Below are positions 8,705 to 18,865 of a stretch of DNA of 64,000 bases, in pieces. Under the pieces are notes generated by a model that was not told where the DNA came from, made no database searches, and was given only the letters and a program-made list of their open reading frames with translations. The translations under genes were made by a program, and so were the position numbers. Each line of letters opens with the position of its first letter. Within the stretch, counting starts at the first letter, position 1. The stretch spans positions 75,720 to 139,719 of the forward strand of contig CAVOZW010000006.1 of assembly GCA_963701385.1 (NCBI GenBank), given 5' to 3'. This stretch comes from an uncultured delta proteobacterium (lineage in GTDB: Bacteria; Desulfobacterota; Desulfobacteria; Desulfobacterales; B30-G6).

Positions 8705-10009
8705 TCAGTGGAGCAAACCCGGAAGAAACAAAACAAGTTTTGGGAACAGCATCAGAACAAAGATACACAGAATATAGGCAGGTAAAAAATAGGCCACCCC
8801 CTTGAAAACATCTTCCAGGGGTACATCTTTTGCCATACCGCCAACAACATAGGTGGTCGCGCCCACCGGTGGTGTGACAGCACCCAGGGTTGTCACCACC
8901 GTGATGGTGACGCCAAACCAGATGGGGTCATAACCGAGTTCCATGGCGACAGGAAAGAAAATAGGGATCGTAATCAAAAGCAGTGCCAGGGCATCCATCA
9001 CGGCACCCCCCACAATGTAAATGCCAAAGATGATGGCCATGATGACCATGTCCGGAACAGGCAATCCCACAACCCATGACGCGATGTCATACGGAATTCG
9101 GGTTGCCGCTAGGAATCGACCGAATACCATGGCACCGGCAACGATGACGATCACCATACAGGAGACCCGAATGGTATCGGTAACAGCTTTCATGAAACCC
9201 GATAAGGTGAGCTTTCGCTGAACAACACTGAGCAGTATGGCAAAGAGAGACCCCACAGCACCGGCTTCCGTGGGCGTAAAAAACCCAAAATACAGGCCCA
9301 TCATCACCAGCAAGAACAGAATGGCCATTTCAAAAGCACCCGAGAGACCCTTTATCTTCTCAACAAAGGTGGTTCGGGGGCCCATCGGGCCCCAGTCCGG
9401 ATGCATTGTGCAGACAACATAGACGGTCAAAATCAAGAAAATAGCCAGAATAATACCGGCCCCGATTCCACCATAAAAGAGGCGTGCGATGGACTGCTCG
9501 GTGGAAAGCCCGATAACGATCAGGACCACGCTGGGTGGGATCACCACACCCAGTGTCGAGCCACATGCAATTGCCCCCGTACTCAGTCTCGAATCGTAAC
9601 GATATTTTTTCATCTGCGGAAGCGCTACGGTGGTCATGGTGGCAGCCGTAGCTGCGTTTGAACCACAAATCGCCGAAAATGCCGAACAAGCCAGAATGGT
9701 CGCCATGGCAACGCCACCGCGAATCTGGCCCACCCACCGATAGGCCGCTTTGTATAATTTTTCGTTGACGCCCGAATAAAACGCGATCTGGCCCATGAAT
9801 ATAAACAAAGGGATGACGGTCAGACCATACTTGGAAAATGTCTCCCACAAAACAGAGCCCAACATGTTCAAGCCTGCTTTGAAAGAGATTAGGTAACAAA
9901 AACCGCAGAATCCCACGATGCCCATGGCAAACCCCACCGGCGTACCGAGTAAAAAGAGCATCAACAAAAGGACGACGATGCCGAGAATGCCTATAACAGC
10001 CGGGGTCAC
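8705..10009 (-). CDS. dctM: TRAP transporter large permease
   Basis: 434 aa, polytopic, typical DctM N-terminus. The GTG start overlaps the dctQ stop (GTGA). Confidence 0.9.
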   Translation of the reverse strand: MTPAVIGILGIVVLLLMLFLLGTPVGFAMGIVGFCGFCYLISFKAGLNMLGSVLWETFSKYGLTVIPLFIFMGQIAFYSGVNEKLYKAAYRWVGQIRGGVAMATILACSAFSAICGSNAATAATMTTVALPQMKKYRYDSRLSTGAIACGSTLGVVIPPSVVLIVIGLSTEQSIARLFYGGIGAGIILAIFLILTVYVVCTMHPDWGPMGPRTTFVEKIKGLSGAFEMAILFLLVMMGLYFGFFTPTEAGAVGSLFAILLSVVQRKLTLSGFMKAVTDTIRVSCMVIVIVAGAMVFGRFLAATRIPYDIASWVVGLPVPDMVIMAIIFGIYIVGGAVMDALALLLITIPIFFPVAMELGYDPIWFGVTITVVTTLGAVTPPVGATTYVVGGMAKDVPLEDVFKGVAYFLPAYILCIFVLMLFPKLVLFLPGLLH

Positions 10010-10497
10010 GATTTTGTCTCCTTAGCGGGTATGAGTTGTCTTAGTAAATCTGTAAGAAGAATCAATGCAAGTACCCCGCACCCGAGGGCCACGGCATAGG
10101 TGAAAGGGTAATAGATGATTCTAAGCGTTTCCGTGACTTCACCGGTGGTTCTGAGGGTGTTTGCCTTTATCGCCAATTGCCATCCGGCCAATATGAAAAA
10201 TATACAGCACATGCCGTTGTTGATTGCCGATAAGACCGAGCGCGTTTTTTGCGGAAAAACATTTACCAGCACATCAACGGCAATATGACCTTTGTTGATT
10301 TGGGTGTAGGCCAGGGCAAAGGCTGTCAACAGGGCGCCTGCAAATCCCATGAGTTCATACGTCCCGCTGACGGGCACCCAAAAGATGCGAAAAGCGATAT
10401 TGGCACATGTCAAAAGGACCATGAAAATGAGAATAAGGCCCGCCAGAAATGTCAGTGTTTTGTTAAGGTACGCTGTAATCTTCGTTAAATATATCAT
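10006..10497 (-). CDS. dctQ: TRAP transporter small permease
   Basis: 163 aa with four hydrophobic helices, lying between dctP and dctM. Confidence 0.85.
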   Translation of the reverse strand: MIYLTKITAYLNKTLTFLAGLILIFMVLLTCANIAFRIFWVPVSGTYELMGFAGALLTAFALAYTQINKGHIAVDVLVNVFPQKTRSVLSAINNGMCCIFFILAGWQLAIKANTLRTTGEVTETLRIIYYPFTYAVALGCGVLALILLTDLLRQLIPAKETKS

Positions 10498-10510
10498 GAC
10501 AAATCCGAAG

Positions 10511-10590
10511 CACGAAATTCGAAATACGAAACAATACTCAATGACACAAATTCGATATTTGGATTTGTTTCGTATTTCGATATTCGAATT
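10511..10590 (-). other. Intercistronic stem-loop between dctP and dctQ
   Basis: cgaaatacgaaacaa (10520..10534) is the perfect reverse complement of ttgtttcgtatttcg (10565..10579). Flanking bases extend the stem imperfectly, and the loop is 30 nt. A related single arm lies at 44097..44120. Confidence 0.6.
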
Positions 10591-10614
10591 TAGAGTTTTA
10601 TTTCGACCGCATGT

Positions 10615-11640
10615 TTACTTCCCAGCGTGTTTCGCGGTCAAGGCCTTGATGTCCTTTACAATGGCTTCACCCGGATATCCCTTGGCCGTAGCACTTTTGA
10701 TCCAGTCTTCGGTCATGAAGGTCAGCTTGGCATCCCATTTGGCTTTTTCAGCAGCCGACAAGCGGATGAATTCAACACCTTGTTCTGTTTCCGACCATGC
10801 ATTGGCCTCTTTCACGTGGTTGTCCATGTATGTGCCTGTCCAAAGGGCCTGCTCCACACGTAAGTTTTCCATAACCGTTTTGACATCTTCGGGCAATGCA
10901 TTCCATTTCTCAATATTCATGACCACGGCAAAAGGATAAATAACCGTTTCGGTTAAGGTGACATACTTGCAGATCTCTGCAAATTTGAAATCTTTCATAA
11001 CCTCGGTCGAGGTAAACAAGCCCTGTACGACGCCTTTTTGCAAGGCCTCGGGGGTTTCCGACATGGGCATGCCGACCTGGTTGGCACCCCAGGCTTTGAG
11101 GATCTGGGCGGCCCCACCGGAGGCTCTCAAATCCAGCCCTTTGATATCATCCAAATTTCTTACCGGTACCTTGGACATGATATTGGCCGGCGCCGTTGTA
11201 AACATGGTCAGAACCCGGACTTTGGCAAAGGACGTGGGCAGATATTTCTGATAGAGATCCCAGAGTACCAGGCTGCCGGTTTTCGCATCCGGCAATCCCA
11301 ACGGCAGACTGGTGGCGTTGGTGGTGACAAAACGGCCGGGCTGGTAAGCCATGCAGAGGCACCCGATGTCGGCAGTTCCGGCGATGACACCGTCCATCAT
11401 GTCCATGGCACCCAGGAGCGTTCCCCCTGGATAGGTGTCGATGGCAACCTTGCCTGCGGTTCTTTTCTCGACTTCCGTTTTCCAGCGTTCCATTTGAACA
11501 CAGGGAAACGTCGGGGCCGGCGGAAAATTGGCATAGCTGAGTTTAACGGGTCCGGCCACCGTCATGCAAGGCACCAGAAAAGTTCCCACAACGACGACGA
11601 CAAAGAAAATGGCACATAAAAGAACAAGTTTTTTCTTCAT
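10615..11640 (-). CDS. dctP: TRAP transporter solute-binding protein (DctP family)
   Basis: 341 aa, signal anchor then periplasmic domain. Strong RBS AAAAAGGAGGATCTATCATG. Confidence 0.85.
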   Translation of the reverse strand: MKKKLVLLCAIFFVVVVVGTFLVPCMTVAGPVKLSYANFPPAPTFPCVQMERWKTEVEKRTAGKVAIDTYPGGTLLGAMDMMDGVIAGTADIGCLCMAYQPGRFVTTNATSLPLGLPDAKTGSLVLWDLYQKYLPTSFAKVRVLTMFTTAPANIMSKVPVRNLDDIKGLDLRASGGAAQILKAWGANQVGMPMSETPEALQKGVVQGLFTSTEVMKDFKFAEICKYVTLTETVIYPFAVVMNIEKWNALPEDVKTVMENLRVEQALWTGTYMDNHVKEANAWSETEQGVEFIRLSAAEKAKWDAKLTFMTEDWIKSATAKGYPGEAIVKDIKALTAKHAGK

Positions 11641-11742
11641 GATAGATCCTCCTTTTTGGGTTCAGTTTTTATCGATACCTTTCTGTTGAACAACACCGTC
11701 GCGTTCGACCGTGAGGAATTCTGTCAAAATTCATACCTCTTG

Positions 11743-14153
11743 CTAGTGCGGTTCACCGCATTCATCGCCTTCTTTTGTCTTGATGGCATCGAGGATCTTT
11801 TCCGGGGTAATGGGCAGTTCCGTCATTCGCACACCAATGGCATCGTATATGGCATTGGCGATTGCCGGCGCTGTGGGAACGAGTCCTGGTTCGCCGATTC
11901 CTTTGGCGCCATACGGTCCATCCGCATCTCCCAGTTCCACGACGACCGCTTCCACAGGGATCGCTATCCTTGGCTGTCAGAATATTGTAATCACGAAAAC
12001 TTGGGTTCATTACCTTGCCTTTTAATAGTTTTATCTCTTCCGTCAAGGCGAACCCGGTTCCCGTGTAGACAGCGCCGTATATCTGTCCCTTGATCAAGGT
12101 CGGGATTGATGGCTTTTCCAACATCATGGGCGGCAACCATATTCAGAATTTTGACTTGGCCGGTTTTCTTGTCCACCTCCACTTCTACGCCGGTGGTCCC
12201 AAACGCATAGGTCATGGAATAATTGCCTTTGAATTCCCTGTCCAGCATTTGGGTCGGTGGGTCGTAAAAAACTTCCGCCATGATGGTTTGGCTTTCCCCG
12301 GTGCCCACATGAAGTCCCTGTTTTAATACCTGGCTTACATCCATACCGCAATAGGGATTATTTGGTTCCGCTTTCAAGAAAATCTTTCGTTCCTGAATGT
12401 CGAGATTGTCCGGGTCGCCAAACAGGCTGAAATCGATATCCGGCAAATCGAAATCAGGGTCCATGCGTTGCTTTCTTTTTAAATTCGATTGAATAATCTT
12501 GGGCATCTGGAGCGTTGCCATTTCAAGAATCTGGCGGCGTATTTTCTTGCAGGCTTTGATGGCCGCATTGCCGGCGATGAAGGTATGCCTGCTGGCATGG
12601 GTTCCGGCATCCCACAGTGCCAGGGCGGTATCGCCGATCGTAAACGATATGTCATCGGGCCGAAAACCGAGCGCTTCGGCGATAATCTGCGAAAGCACGG
12701 TACTGGATCCCTGCCCCTGGTCTGTGCCACCACTGATGACATCCACATGCCCCTCTTCATCGACCTTGATCCGCATGCCGTGCCCATCTGATTTATATAC
12801 CCGGGCACCACCGGCCACGTGTATCAGGGATGCCATGCCGACACCCCTGCCGTTTCTCTTGCCGTGTTTCTCGTCCCATGATATTTTTTTCTTCACCGCC
12901 TGGATACAGTCTTCCAGCCCACAGGTGGTTATTTTAAGTCTCATGGGTGTGATATCACCACTGCGGTTTTGGTTGATGCTTCTGAATTCAGCCGGATCGA
13001 TTCCGGCGGCCTCTGCCAGTCGATCCATGGATGTTTCCACCGCAAACGTCGCCTGGGGTGTGCCGTAACCGCGCATGGCCTGGCAATAGATATTGTTCGT
13101 ATACACACAGCTTGCTTTGAAAAAAACATTGGCTACGCGATAAAGGGATGAAATGGGGGTCATCATGACCGATGGTGTCGTTGCCCCCCAGGAGGTGTAA
13201 GCGCCGTTATCAAGAACAGCTTCCACATACCGGAAAGTGAGCTTCCCATTTTTGTCGCATCCCTGTTCGATATCGAAAACAGCCGGCTGTCTTGGGGGTA
13301 GCGCTTTGAATTCCTCTTCCCGGGTAAACAGTATTTTTACAGGCTTTCGTGTTTTCAGGGCAAGCTGTACGGAGATGAATTCATAGATATCGGTATCCAG
13401 CTTGGTACCGAAGCTGCCCCCCACCACCATATTGCGAACGCGTATTTTTTTTCCCTGCAAACCAATTTTTGAGAAGTAATCCGCTAAACGTTGCTTGGCC
13501 CCAAAAATGACGTTGGTCTGACTGTAGAGGGTCAAGTTGTTGTTGGCGTCGAAATCCGCCACACACCCGCTGGTGCCCATACAGCACTGGTTGACCCAGG
13601 TCGTCGAGACACGATCTTTTACGATGAATGCGGAATCCTTTCTGCCCTGATCCAGATCGCCGGCACTGAATTGCCATGGCAAGGGTAAAATATTGCTGCG
13701 AATCGGTTTCCCACGCGCATCGACCTCGTGAACCAGGGGTGCTTCCTTCTTCATGGCCTCGAACGGGTCGAAGACAGCCGGCAGTTCTTCATATTCAACT
13801 TCGATCAGGTCGAGTGCGTCCTGGGCGATCTCAGGCGTGACCGCGGCAACGGCAGCGACTTCATCCCGAAATTGGCGAACACGATCCCGCTTGAGAACCG
13901 TCTGGTCTTTCAAGAACCCCACCCGCACGTCCGGAATATCCTGGCCCGTGAGAACGGCGCGGACGCCGGGCAGTTTTTTTGCGTTTGTGGTGTCGACACT
14001 CTTTATCCGGGCATTCACATAGCTGCTGTAAAGTATTTTACCATACAGCATGCCGGGGAGCTTGAGGTCATCGACATACACCGCTCGACCGGTCACTTTG
14101 TCCGTTTCCAGGGTTCTTGGAATATTTTTACCCACATAGTGGAATGTTGTCAT
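11743..14153 (-). pseudogene. Molybdopterin-binding large subunit of a xanthine-dehydrogenase/CO-dehydrogenase-family hydroxylase, interrupted by two +1 frame shifts (possibly assembly errors)
   Basis: Three tracked ORFs in three successive frames (11991..14234, 11762..12136, 11743..11955). They read through as ...VAAHDVGKAINP|TLIKGQIYGAVYTGTGFALTEE...ILTAKDSD|[24 protein letters not shown]. Junctions lie at about 12101..12104 and 11957..11959, both at a CCC run in the sense strand. Likely start is ATG 14153 after AGGAGG. Confidence 0.8.
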
Positions 14154-14236
14154 CTTGCCTCCTGAATTTGTTTTGCCGAAACTGGACGCTTTAAAGTATT
14201 TGACAAAAAGCGCCCGCCTTATGCCAAACACCATTG

Positions 14237-14707
14237 TTAAATGATTTTAGTGGCCATCTCGATCGACTCGACGATTTGAACATAACCAGTACACCGACAG
14301 ATGTTGCCTGAAATCGCCGTACGGATATCCGCTTCCGTGGGTTGCGGCTTTTCTTCCAACAGGGCCTTTGCAGACATGATCATGCCCGAGGTGCAGAATC
14401 CGCATTGTACCCCATTGTTTTCGAGAAAGGCTTTCTGGACCGGGTGCAATGAGCCGTCCGATTTTGCAACACCCTCGATGGTCAATACGTTTTTTCCCTC
14501 GATCTCCGGAATGGGATACAGGCATGCATTGACGGCAGCCCCATCGATGATCACGGTGCATGCGCCGCATTCACCCACGCCGCAACCCTCTTTTGCGCCC
14601 GTAAGCTCGAATGTTTCGCGAAGCGTTTTCAAGAGGGTCCAGCCCATGGGAACAACGGCTGTCACCGGGTTACCATTCAAGTTGAATGAAACAGATAGGG
14701 TGTTCAT
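14237..14707 (-). CDS. [2Fe-2S]-binding small subunit of the Mo-hydroxylase
   Basis: From ATG 14707 (AAGGAG RBS): MNTLSVSFNLNGN..., CGVGECGACTV and CGFCTSGM...CRCTGY cluster motifs. Confidence 0.9.
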   Translation of the reverse strand: MNTLSVSFNLNGNPVTAVVPMGWTLLKTLRETFELTGAKEGCGVGECGACTVIIDGAAVNACLYPIPEIEGKNVLTIEGVAKSDGSLHPVQKAFLENNGVQCGFCTSGMIMSAKALLEEKPQPTEADIRTAISGNICRCTGYVQIVESIEMATKII

Positions 14708-14748
14708 CGATAACTCCTTTCTATCAACAGTGTCTAACGGCTTGTCGC

Positions 14749-15636
14749 CTACTGCGAATGGCTTTGTTTTCTTTTGGCATCGATGGCAGCTTCTTTTGCC
14801 ACCCTGGGGATCAGAACCCTGACCATGTCTTCCCGGTACCACCCTTCACACCTGAGGCTGTCCCTTGGTGAGCAGCATTCCGGTGAAGCGGCAATCAAGC
14901 TTGCTTCTTTCAGGATGTCGTCCGTTAACGGCTTGCCACGCAAAAAATTTTCGGCCGGGTGGATACGAATGGGCGTGGGCGAGGCAACTGTCAAGGCAAT
15001 CCGTACATCGTCTATGATCTCGTCACGCCCCAGGGATAAGCCAACCGCGACACCGACAATCGGAAGGTTCATGGCCTGCCTGCGGGCATGTTTGCAGTAA
15101 GCGCTTCCAAAGGAGCCCATTTGTCCGGGTATGATGATCTCGGTGAGTATTTCGTCCCACGCTTTCACGGTTTCAGAGGGACCGGTAAAAAAATCTTCGA
15201 TGGGAACTTGTCGTTCGCTTTTGCTGCTCTTGAGCACCAGTAACGCATCCATGATCATCAAGGGCGCCGCTGTGTCTGCTGAAGGGGCGGCATTGCAGAT
15301 GTTGCCGCCGATGGTGGCCACATTCCTTACTTGCACGGAGCCTACCTGGGATGCCCCCTGGTGCAAGGCCGTCAACTCATTGGTCATGAGTCCCGATGTT
15401 TCAATCATACGGTGGGTGGTCAAGGCACCGATTCGATAGTCATCGTCTTTGTGAATATAACGAAGCGCCTCGATACCCCGCAAAGAAATGATGACTTCGG
15501 GGGACCGGTTACTTAGCTTGATAACCACCATGACATCGGTTCCACCGGCAATCAATTGCGCTTTTTCGCCGTGTTGCGCCAGCAGGTTGAATGTTTCTAG
15601 CAGATCCTTTGGTTTAAAATAAGCATAATCGATCAT
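14749..15636 (-). CDS. FAD-binding medium subunit of the Mo-hydroxylase (CoxM/XdhB-like)
   Basis: MIDYAYFKPKDLLETFNLL...AQLIAGGTDVMV..., NVATIGGNICNAAPSAD. The tracked start 15639 is GTG; the ATG at 15636 has the better spacing to GAAGGA. Confidence 0.85.
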   Translation of the reverse strand: MIDYAYFKPKDLLETFNLLAQHGEKAQLIAGGTDVMVVIKLSNRSPEVIISLRGIEALRYIHKDDDYRIGALTTHRMIETSGLMTNELTALHQGASQVGSVQVRNVATIGGNICNAAPSADTAAPLMIMDALLVLKSSKSERQVPIEDFFTGPSETVKAWDEILTEIIIPGQMGSFGSAYCKHARRQAMNLPIVGVAVGLSLGRDEIIDDVRIALTVASPTPIRIHPAENFLRGKPLTDDILKEASLIAASPECCSPRDSLRCEGWYREDMVRVLIPRVAKEAAIDAKRKQSHSQ

Positions 15637-15652
15637 CACCTAATCCTTCTCG

Positions 15653-16939
15653 TTAACGGTTGTCAAAAACGCGTTTCGATTTCCTCTCCGATCTCGGCAG
15701 GGAGCAGGTATCGAGCAATTCTACATCACAACTAACCATGATACTGTTTTTTATTTTTCGGCAAATGGCAGTCTCGAGCTCCCTCGATTTTTTGGCATTG
15801 CCACCCGACCCACACTCGACACGCAGGGTCATGCTTTCCCTGCCATCCGATTCCCGTTCAAGAATGACCTGGTATTCACAGGATATGTCGGGTATGGAGG
15901 AAAGCACTTCGTCGATCTGGCCCGGATAAATGTTGACAGCCCGGAAAATGATCATATCGTCTGAACGCCCCAGGATACTGTCATGCAAGGGGAGCGGGTT
16001 GCCGCAAGAACAGGCTGACGGTATCATGCGTGTCAAATCTCGTGTGCGATATCGTATCAATGGGGATGCTTCCTTGCACAGGGTTGTGACCACCATTTCT
16101 CCGATCTCGCCCTCGGGGACCGGTTCCAGTGTTTCCGGATCGAGGATTTCCAGAAGGTAATAGTCAGCCCAGTAGTGAATACCTTCGTGCCGGGAACATT
16201 CTAGGCCCGTTCCTGGACCATAGAGCTCGGTCATGCCGATGATATCGAACATGTCTTCCAGGCCCAACAAGGTCTTGATACGCTGGCGCATGGAATAACT
16301 GCTCCTCTCGGACCCAAAAATCATTTTCTTCAAAGCAATTTTGTCTTTCAGGTTTCTTCTTTCGATTTCTTCCGCCATGAGCAGTCCCATGCTGGCGGTG
16401 CAACACATGACCGTTGTTTGCAGGTCCACCAGGAACTGGCACTGCATATCGATATTCCCAGGCCCGATGGGTACTGCCATGGCACCGAAACGTTCACAGC
16501 CGAGTTGAAAACCGACCCCCGCGGTCCAGACACCGTAGCCAACAGCGATCTGAACACGATCCTCCTTGGAAAGGCCGGCCATTTCGTAGCAGCGTGCAAA
16601 AAAATGACACCAGTCATCGACATCTTTCTGGGTGTATGCCAGCACCTTTCGCTTGCCGGTGGTGCCCGACGATGCATGAATGCGAACGACATCGGATTCA
16701 GGAACAGACAAGAGGGGAAACGGATACTCGTTTCGCAAATCCTCTGCGCTGGTGAAAGGCAGTCTGCGAATATCGTCCAGGGTGCGGATGTCTTGCGTGC
16801 TTACACCTGAATCATCCAGGCGTTGGCGATAAAATGAAGACCCCTTGTATGCATGTGATAGCGTCCATTGAAGACCCTTGAGCTGGTGTGCCTTCAGTTC
16901 ATCCAGTGATTGAAGGGCCGGCATAAACGTTGCATTCAT
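15653..16939 (-). CDS. paaK: Phenylacetate-CoA ligase family (PaaK-type aryl/acyl-CoA ligase)
   Basis: 428 aa. ...LPFTSAEDLRNEYPFPLLSVP...IHASSGTTGKRKV...GPGNIDMQCQFLVDLQ. GGAGGTGGAAAATG RBS. Confidence 0.85.
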   Translation of the reverse strand: MNATFMPALQSLDELKAHQLKGLQWTLSHAYKGSSFYRQRLDDSGVSTQDIRTLDDIRRLPFTSAEDLRNEYPFPLLSVPESDVVRIHASSGTTGKRKVLAYTQKDVDDWCHFFARCYEMAGLSKEDRVQIAVGYGVWTAGVGFQLGCERFGAMAVPIGPGNIDMQCQFLVDLQTTVMCCTASMGLLMAEEIERRNLKDKIALKKMIFGSERSSYSMRQRIKTLLGLEDMFDIIGMTELYGPGTGLECSRHEGIHYWADYYLLEILDPETLEPVPEGEIGEMVVTTLCKEASPLIRYRTRDLTRMIPSACSCGNPLPLHDSILGRSDDMIIFRAVNIYPGQIDEVLSSIPDISCEYQVILERESDGRESMTLRVECGSGGNAKKSRELETAICRKIKNSIMVSCDVELLDTCSLPRSERKSKRVFDNR

Positions 16940-17022
16940 TTTCCACCTCCTTAACCCAGATATGTCATAAACCTTGACGAAGGGCTGCGGCTACAGGCTG
17001 AAATGCCTTGCGCCAGGGCCGA

Positions 17023-18810
17023 TCAGGTTCGTGAGGTATCCGGGTCAGCATCCAAGAACGCATTGCGATCGCTCATAGAAGCTCGTAAACCTCGGGTAGC
17101 CTCTTGATCGACTTTGAGGGACATCGTATCGATCACCACGCCATAATCGTTCTTGGCCTTTTCAATGCTCACATACCCGCAGGTGACATCCCTTTCAACA
17201 TCCATGATATCTCTCTCCAGCGGGGCCCCGAACCCTCCCCCGCCGGCACTCTGAAATTCGATGATATCTCCGGCATCGCACAGCGTCAGACCGCTGGGGT
17301 CTGCGGGTATATCGTTTTTTAGAAAGCGGGCCTTGGTGCCGGGTTTCCCACCAAATATTCCCTGGGGCGGATACCGATAGCGGCCGGCCTGGACAGCGAT
17401 GGCAACAGGGGGTACGGGCCCAAGCGCATCATCCGGGACACGAATACGCATGCGTCTTCCCAAACCGCCTCTCATTTTGCCGGCACCACCTGAATCACAG
17501 ATGAGTTCTCTTGCGAGTACCGTCAACGGGGTATCGCTTTCCAATATTTCAACCGGTGTGTTGGCACCATTGGCTGGGAAAATGGCACACTGGTGCCCGT
17601 CTTTGGTCCGACTTGCCCCCAGACCGCCGCCCCGAATGATCATGGTGTGGAAGGGTTTTCCATCATGTCGTTTTCCATAAAAAATATTGGTCTGTGCCGG
17701 CGTCCCGCCGCTGTCTGACATGATCCGGTCCGGCACGGCCGCGGACAGTGCCCTGAAAACCATTTCGGTCATGAAATGGCCGACCTGCATCCGTGCAGCG
17801 ACGGCAGCCGGGAACGTACAATTGACAACACAGCCTTCCGGCGCCGTCATCGTTAGCGGACGGATGGCTCCTTCATTGATGGGAAGATCCGGATCGAAGA
17901 CACTTTTAATTGCCATAAAAACATAGGCATAGGTAAAGTTATAAACCACATTGACCCCCCAAGTGACCTGGGGCGAGGTGTTCGAAAAATCCACTCGAAT
18001 GTCAGTTCCCTTTATCGTAACCGTTAGACAGATATTGATATCCTTTCGGTCTCCCGCCCCTTCGATAACGCCTTGGTAAGGATAAACGCCGTCGGGAATA
18101 ATGGCAATGGCCTTGCGCATACTCTGTTCGGTTCTCTCGATGATTTCATCGGCAAGATCTTCTAAGGTATCGAGATCTTCATCGGCCATCATTTCAATAA
18201 TTTTTTCGCCGCAGACATGGTTCGCCGCAACCTGGGAACGGATGTCACCGGTTACCTCCTCGGGCGTTCGAACATTCCAGCGGATCATTTTGAGAACATC
18301 CTCATTGAGGACACCCGCGTCGTATAATTTAATGCGCGGGATAAAAAGGCCTTCTTCAAAGACCTCACGATTATCCGACGACACCCGGCCGCCGATATCC
18401 GAGTGATGAAATACGCAAGCCGTAAATGCCACCGGCCGACCCTTGTAAAAAATAGGGCTCAAAACGCAGACATCGTTCAAATGACCCGCCAGCAACCACG
18501 GGTCGTTCACGATGATCACATCACCGCTCCTGTAATCCTCCAGCGGCGTCGACTGAATCACTTTCTTGACACCCAGGGCCATGGCCCCGGCCTGTCCCGG
18601 TGTACAAAACGTGCCTTGAACCAGTTCTTGCCCCCGATGATCCGTAAACATGCATGTATAATCATGCGCGTCGCGCAAAAGGCTCGAAAAGGCCGTTCTG
18701 GCCACCGATGCATCGGCTTCATCGACGATGGATATCAAACGTCGCCAAAGGATTTCGAGACGGATGGGGTCGAAATTCGATTTGAGTTGCTGGTTTGATT
18801 CAGTTGACAT
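17023..18810 (-). CDS. hyuB: Hydantoinase B/oxoprolinase family protein (beta subunit of an ATP-dependent hydantoinase/carboxylase-type enzyme)
   Basis: 595 aa. DPIRLEILWRRLISIVDEA...FSSLLRDAHDYTC... is a typical HyuB N-terminus. Confidence 0.9.
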   Translation of the reverse strand: MSTESNQQLKSNFDPIRLEILWRRLISIVDEADASVARTAFSSLLRDAHDYTCMFTDHRGQELVQGTFCTPGQAGAMALGVKKVIQSTPLEDYRSGDVIIVNDPWLLAGHLNDVCVLSPIFYKGRPVAFTACVFHHSDIGGRVSSDNREVFEEGLFIPRIKLYDAGVLNEDVLKMIRWNVRTPEEVTGDIRSQVAANHVCGEKIIEMMADEDLDTLEDLADEIIERTEQSMRKAIAIIPDGVYPYQGVIEGAGDRKDINICLTVTIKGTDIRVDFSNTSPQVTWGVNVVYNFTYAYVFMAIKSVFDPDLPINEGAIRPLTMTAPEGCVVNCTFPAAVAARMQVGHFMTEMVFRALSAAVPDRIMSDSGGTPAQTNIFYGKRHDGKPFHTMIIRGGGLGASRTKDGHQCAIFPANGANTPVEILESDTPLTVLARELICDSGGAGKMRGGLGRRMRIRVPDDALGPVPPVAIAVQAGRYRYPPQGIFGGKPGTKARFLKNDIPADPSGLTLCDAGDIIEFQSAGGGGFGAPLERDIMDVERDVTCGYVSIEKAKNDYGVVIDTMSLKVDQEATRGLRASMSDRNAFLDADPDTSRT

Positions 18811-18865
18811 CTGGATTTTCTTTCTTTTATATTTCGAGTGGTTATTTAAATAGTGTTAAGTTTTA

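Noticed and set aside
10570-10600. CTCTAAA on the minus strand as a possible tRNA-Pyl anticodon loop
   Set aside because: The flanking bases do not form an anticodon stem, and there are no acceptor or T-arm features. It is part of the dctP-dctQ hairpin flank. I saw no tRNA-like sequence anywhere in the window.
11743-15636. Assigning the three-subunit Mo enzyme specifically as 4-hydroxybenzoyl-CoA reductase
   Set aside because: The FAD subunit is 295 aa and lacks the extra cysteine-containing insertion that binds the additional [4Fe-4S] cluster in that enzyme (from memory). Only a family-level call is justified.
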